In this document: positions 5,681 to 6,478 of the stretch, in pieces
Layout of the letters: each line of letters begins with the position of its first letter
Position numbering within the stretch: the first letter of the stretch is position 1
NCBI RefSeq assembly: GCF_000910495.1
Contig: NC_021805.1
Origin: Cellulophaga phage phi12a:1
Reading direction: 5' to 3' (one strand)
Length of the DNA stretch: 6,478 nucleotides
The notes under the pieces: generated by a model
The model's database searches: none
What the model saw: the letters and a program-made list of their open reading frames with translations, nothing else
Told to the model about the DNA's origin: nothing
Made by a program: the position numbers and the translations under genes

Positions 5681-6199
5681 TTGAATTGCGTAAACTGTGC
5701 GCACTTTAAATTTCATCTGAAAGGAAATATTGATATTGGGCTTTGTTCTCATTGGGTTGAAAGTGTTGACGCTGTTTCTAGTTGTGATTCTTACACACGT
5801 TATATAGGTACTGCGTCGCACGACCCTTTAAGTATTAATGGTAAAACTTATCCGCATTTTATAGCTTTAAATAAGGGTTATGATTGGGGTACTGGTTTGC
5901 CGCTTTCCTTTCGCACTATCTGCGCCATAGCTGCTATTTATAAAATAGATATCTCGTTACTTGAACAATTTAAAAATAGAAATCTGACAAACAAAAGGAA
6001 ATTGAATTTAAAAGTTAAACGGGTTGCGATACATCGCCCTGTTAAGCGTTTTAAAAGCGTTGATGCTGTTAAAATGTTAATTATTGATGAGTTGTATAAA
6101 TCACATGAGTTGCATAGTACGGGGTTCATTAGTGATACAACGCATAATGTTTTATACTCCACTTTATCAGAATTAAAAACCCATATACAAAGATTATGA
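5681..6199 (+). CDS. Hypothetical protein (172 aa) with N-terminal four-Cys metal-binding motif and basic central region
   Basis: TTG start directly after the upstream TAA in the same frame; C3-x2-C6-x15-C22-x12-C35; basic segment NKRKLNLKVKRVAIHRPVKRFK. Confidence 0.65.
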   Translation: MNCVNCAHFKFHLKGNIDIGLCSHWVESVDAVSSCDSYTRYIGTASHDPLSINGKTYPHFIALNKGYDWGTGLPLSFRTICAIAAIYKIDISLLEQFKNRNLTNKRKLNLKVKRVAIHRPVKRFKSVDAVKMLIIDELYKSHELHSTGFISDTTHNVLYSTLSELKTHIQRL

Positions 6200-6453
6200 T
6201 TTTACCCAATACGTGGTTTTGTATTAAGTACAGCGACCAAACTAATGTTAAGTGGTTTCGAGCCAAAAAAGGAAGGCGTAAAGATTCGGTTCTAAAATAT
6301 TTTAGAAGTAAACCTAATTTTAAATGGGGTAAGGTTTTCACCGCCCACGAAAAAACCCTTTTATTTTGGTTTAATGCTAGTACAGAGGGAATTAGTGACC
6401 GTCGTACTAGCAACAAAATTAAACCTAATGAAAATGAAAGTAATCATGCGTAG
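6196..6453 (+). CDS. Small basic hypothetical protein (85 aa)
   Basis: ATGA overlap with the previous stop; K/R- and aromatic-rich; ends at the terminator hairpin. Confidence 0.65.
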   Translation: MILPNTWFCIKYSDQTNVKWFRAKKGRRKDSVLKYFRSKPNFKWGKVFTAHEKTLLFWFNASTEGISDRRTSNKIKPNENESNHA

Positions 6454-6478
6454 CTAATACGTAAAGTGATGCAAGCTA
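6450..6478 (+). terminator. Probable intrinsic terminator spanning the window junction (continues to positions 1-8)
   Basis: GTAGCT (6450-6455) pairs with AGCTA|C (6474-6478 + 1), with inner TAC/GTG pairing, immediately followed by T7 (2-8); overlaps the last ORF's stop codon. Confidence 0.6.

Larger units (their letters stand above)
1..6478 (+). mobile_element. Probable complete circular genome of a small rolling-circle (likely ssDNA, possibly membrane-containing) phage of Flavobacteriia; Obscuriviridae-like
   Basis: Seen: compact unidirectional genes with stop/start overlaps, Rep_trans initiator, GH73 hydrolase, several TM proteins, no host housekeeping genes, terminator hairpin completed across the 6478/1 junction. 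Host inferred from TAnnTTTG promoter elements and AT-rich leaders lacking Shine-Dalgarno. Family assignment is recall/inference, not a database result. Confidence 0.85.

Noticed and set aside
5938-6416. Two minus-strand ORFs (74 and 95 aa)
   Set aside because: Antisense to translationally coupled + strand genes; no recognisable features.
1-6478. Interpretation as plain rolling-circle plasmid, inovirus or microvirus
   Set aside because: No mob or cargo genes but a virion/lysis-like operon; no Zot-like ATPase of inoviruses; no 400+ aa F capsid or HUH Rep of microviruses.

Overview
The window looks like the complete circular genome (~6.5 kb, AT-rich, all credible genes on the + strand) of a small rolling-circle phage of a Bacteroidota/Flavobacteriia host. 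Three modules are visible. (1) Replication/regulation: a small membrane peptide, a pT181-type Rep_trans initiator and an HTH protein. (2) Virion/lysis: a 241-aa beta-rich probable major capsid protein with no Microviridae features, several single-pass membrane proteins, a membrane-anchored GH73 peptidoglycan hydrolase and a probable spike. (3) Three unknown ORFs behind a structured 248-nt intergenic region. No integrase, terminase or packaging ATPase is recognisable. From memory, size and gene content fit the Cellulophaga ssDNA phages of the phi18:4/phi12a:1/Omtje group (Obscuriviridae), so the element may already be known; I cannot run the search. Details read directly from the sequence: two small membrane ORFs missing from the ORF track, two Bacteroidota TAnnTTTG promoter elements, a terminator that only forms across the window ends (supporting circularity), helically phased repeats before the capsid promoter, candidate origin hairpins, a T10 tract that could release the hydrolase from its anchor, and strong GATC/GGCC avoidance.
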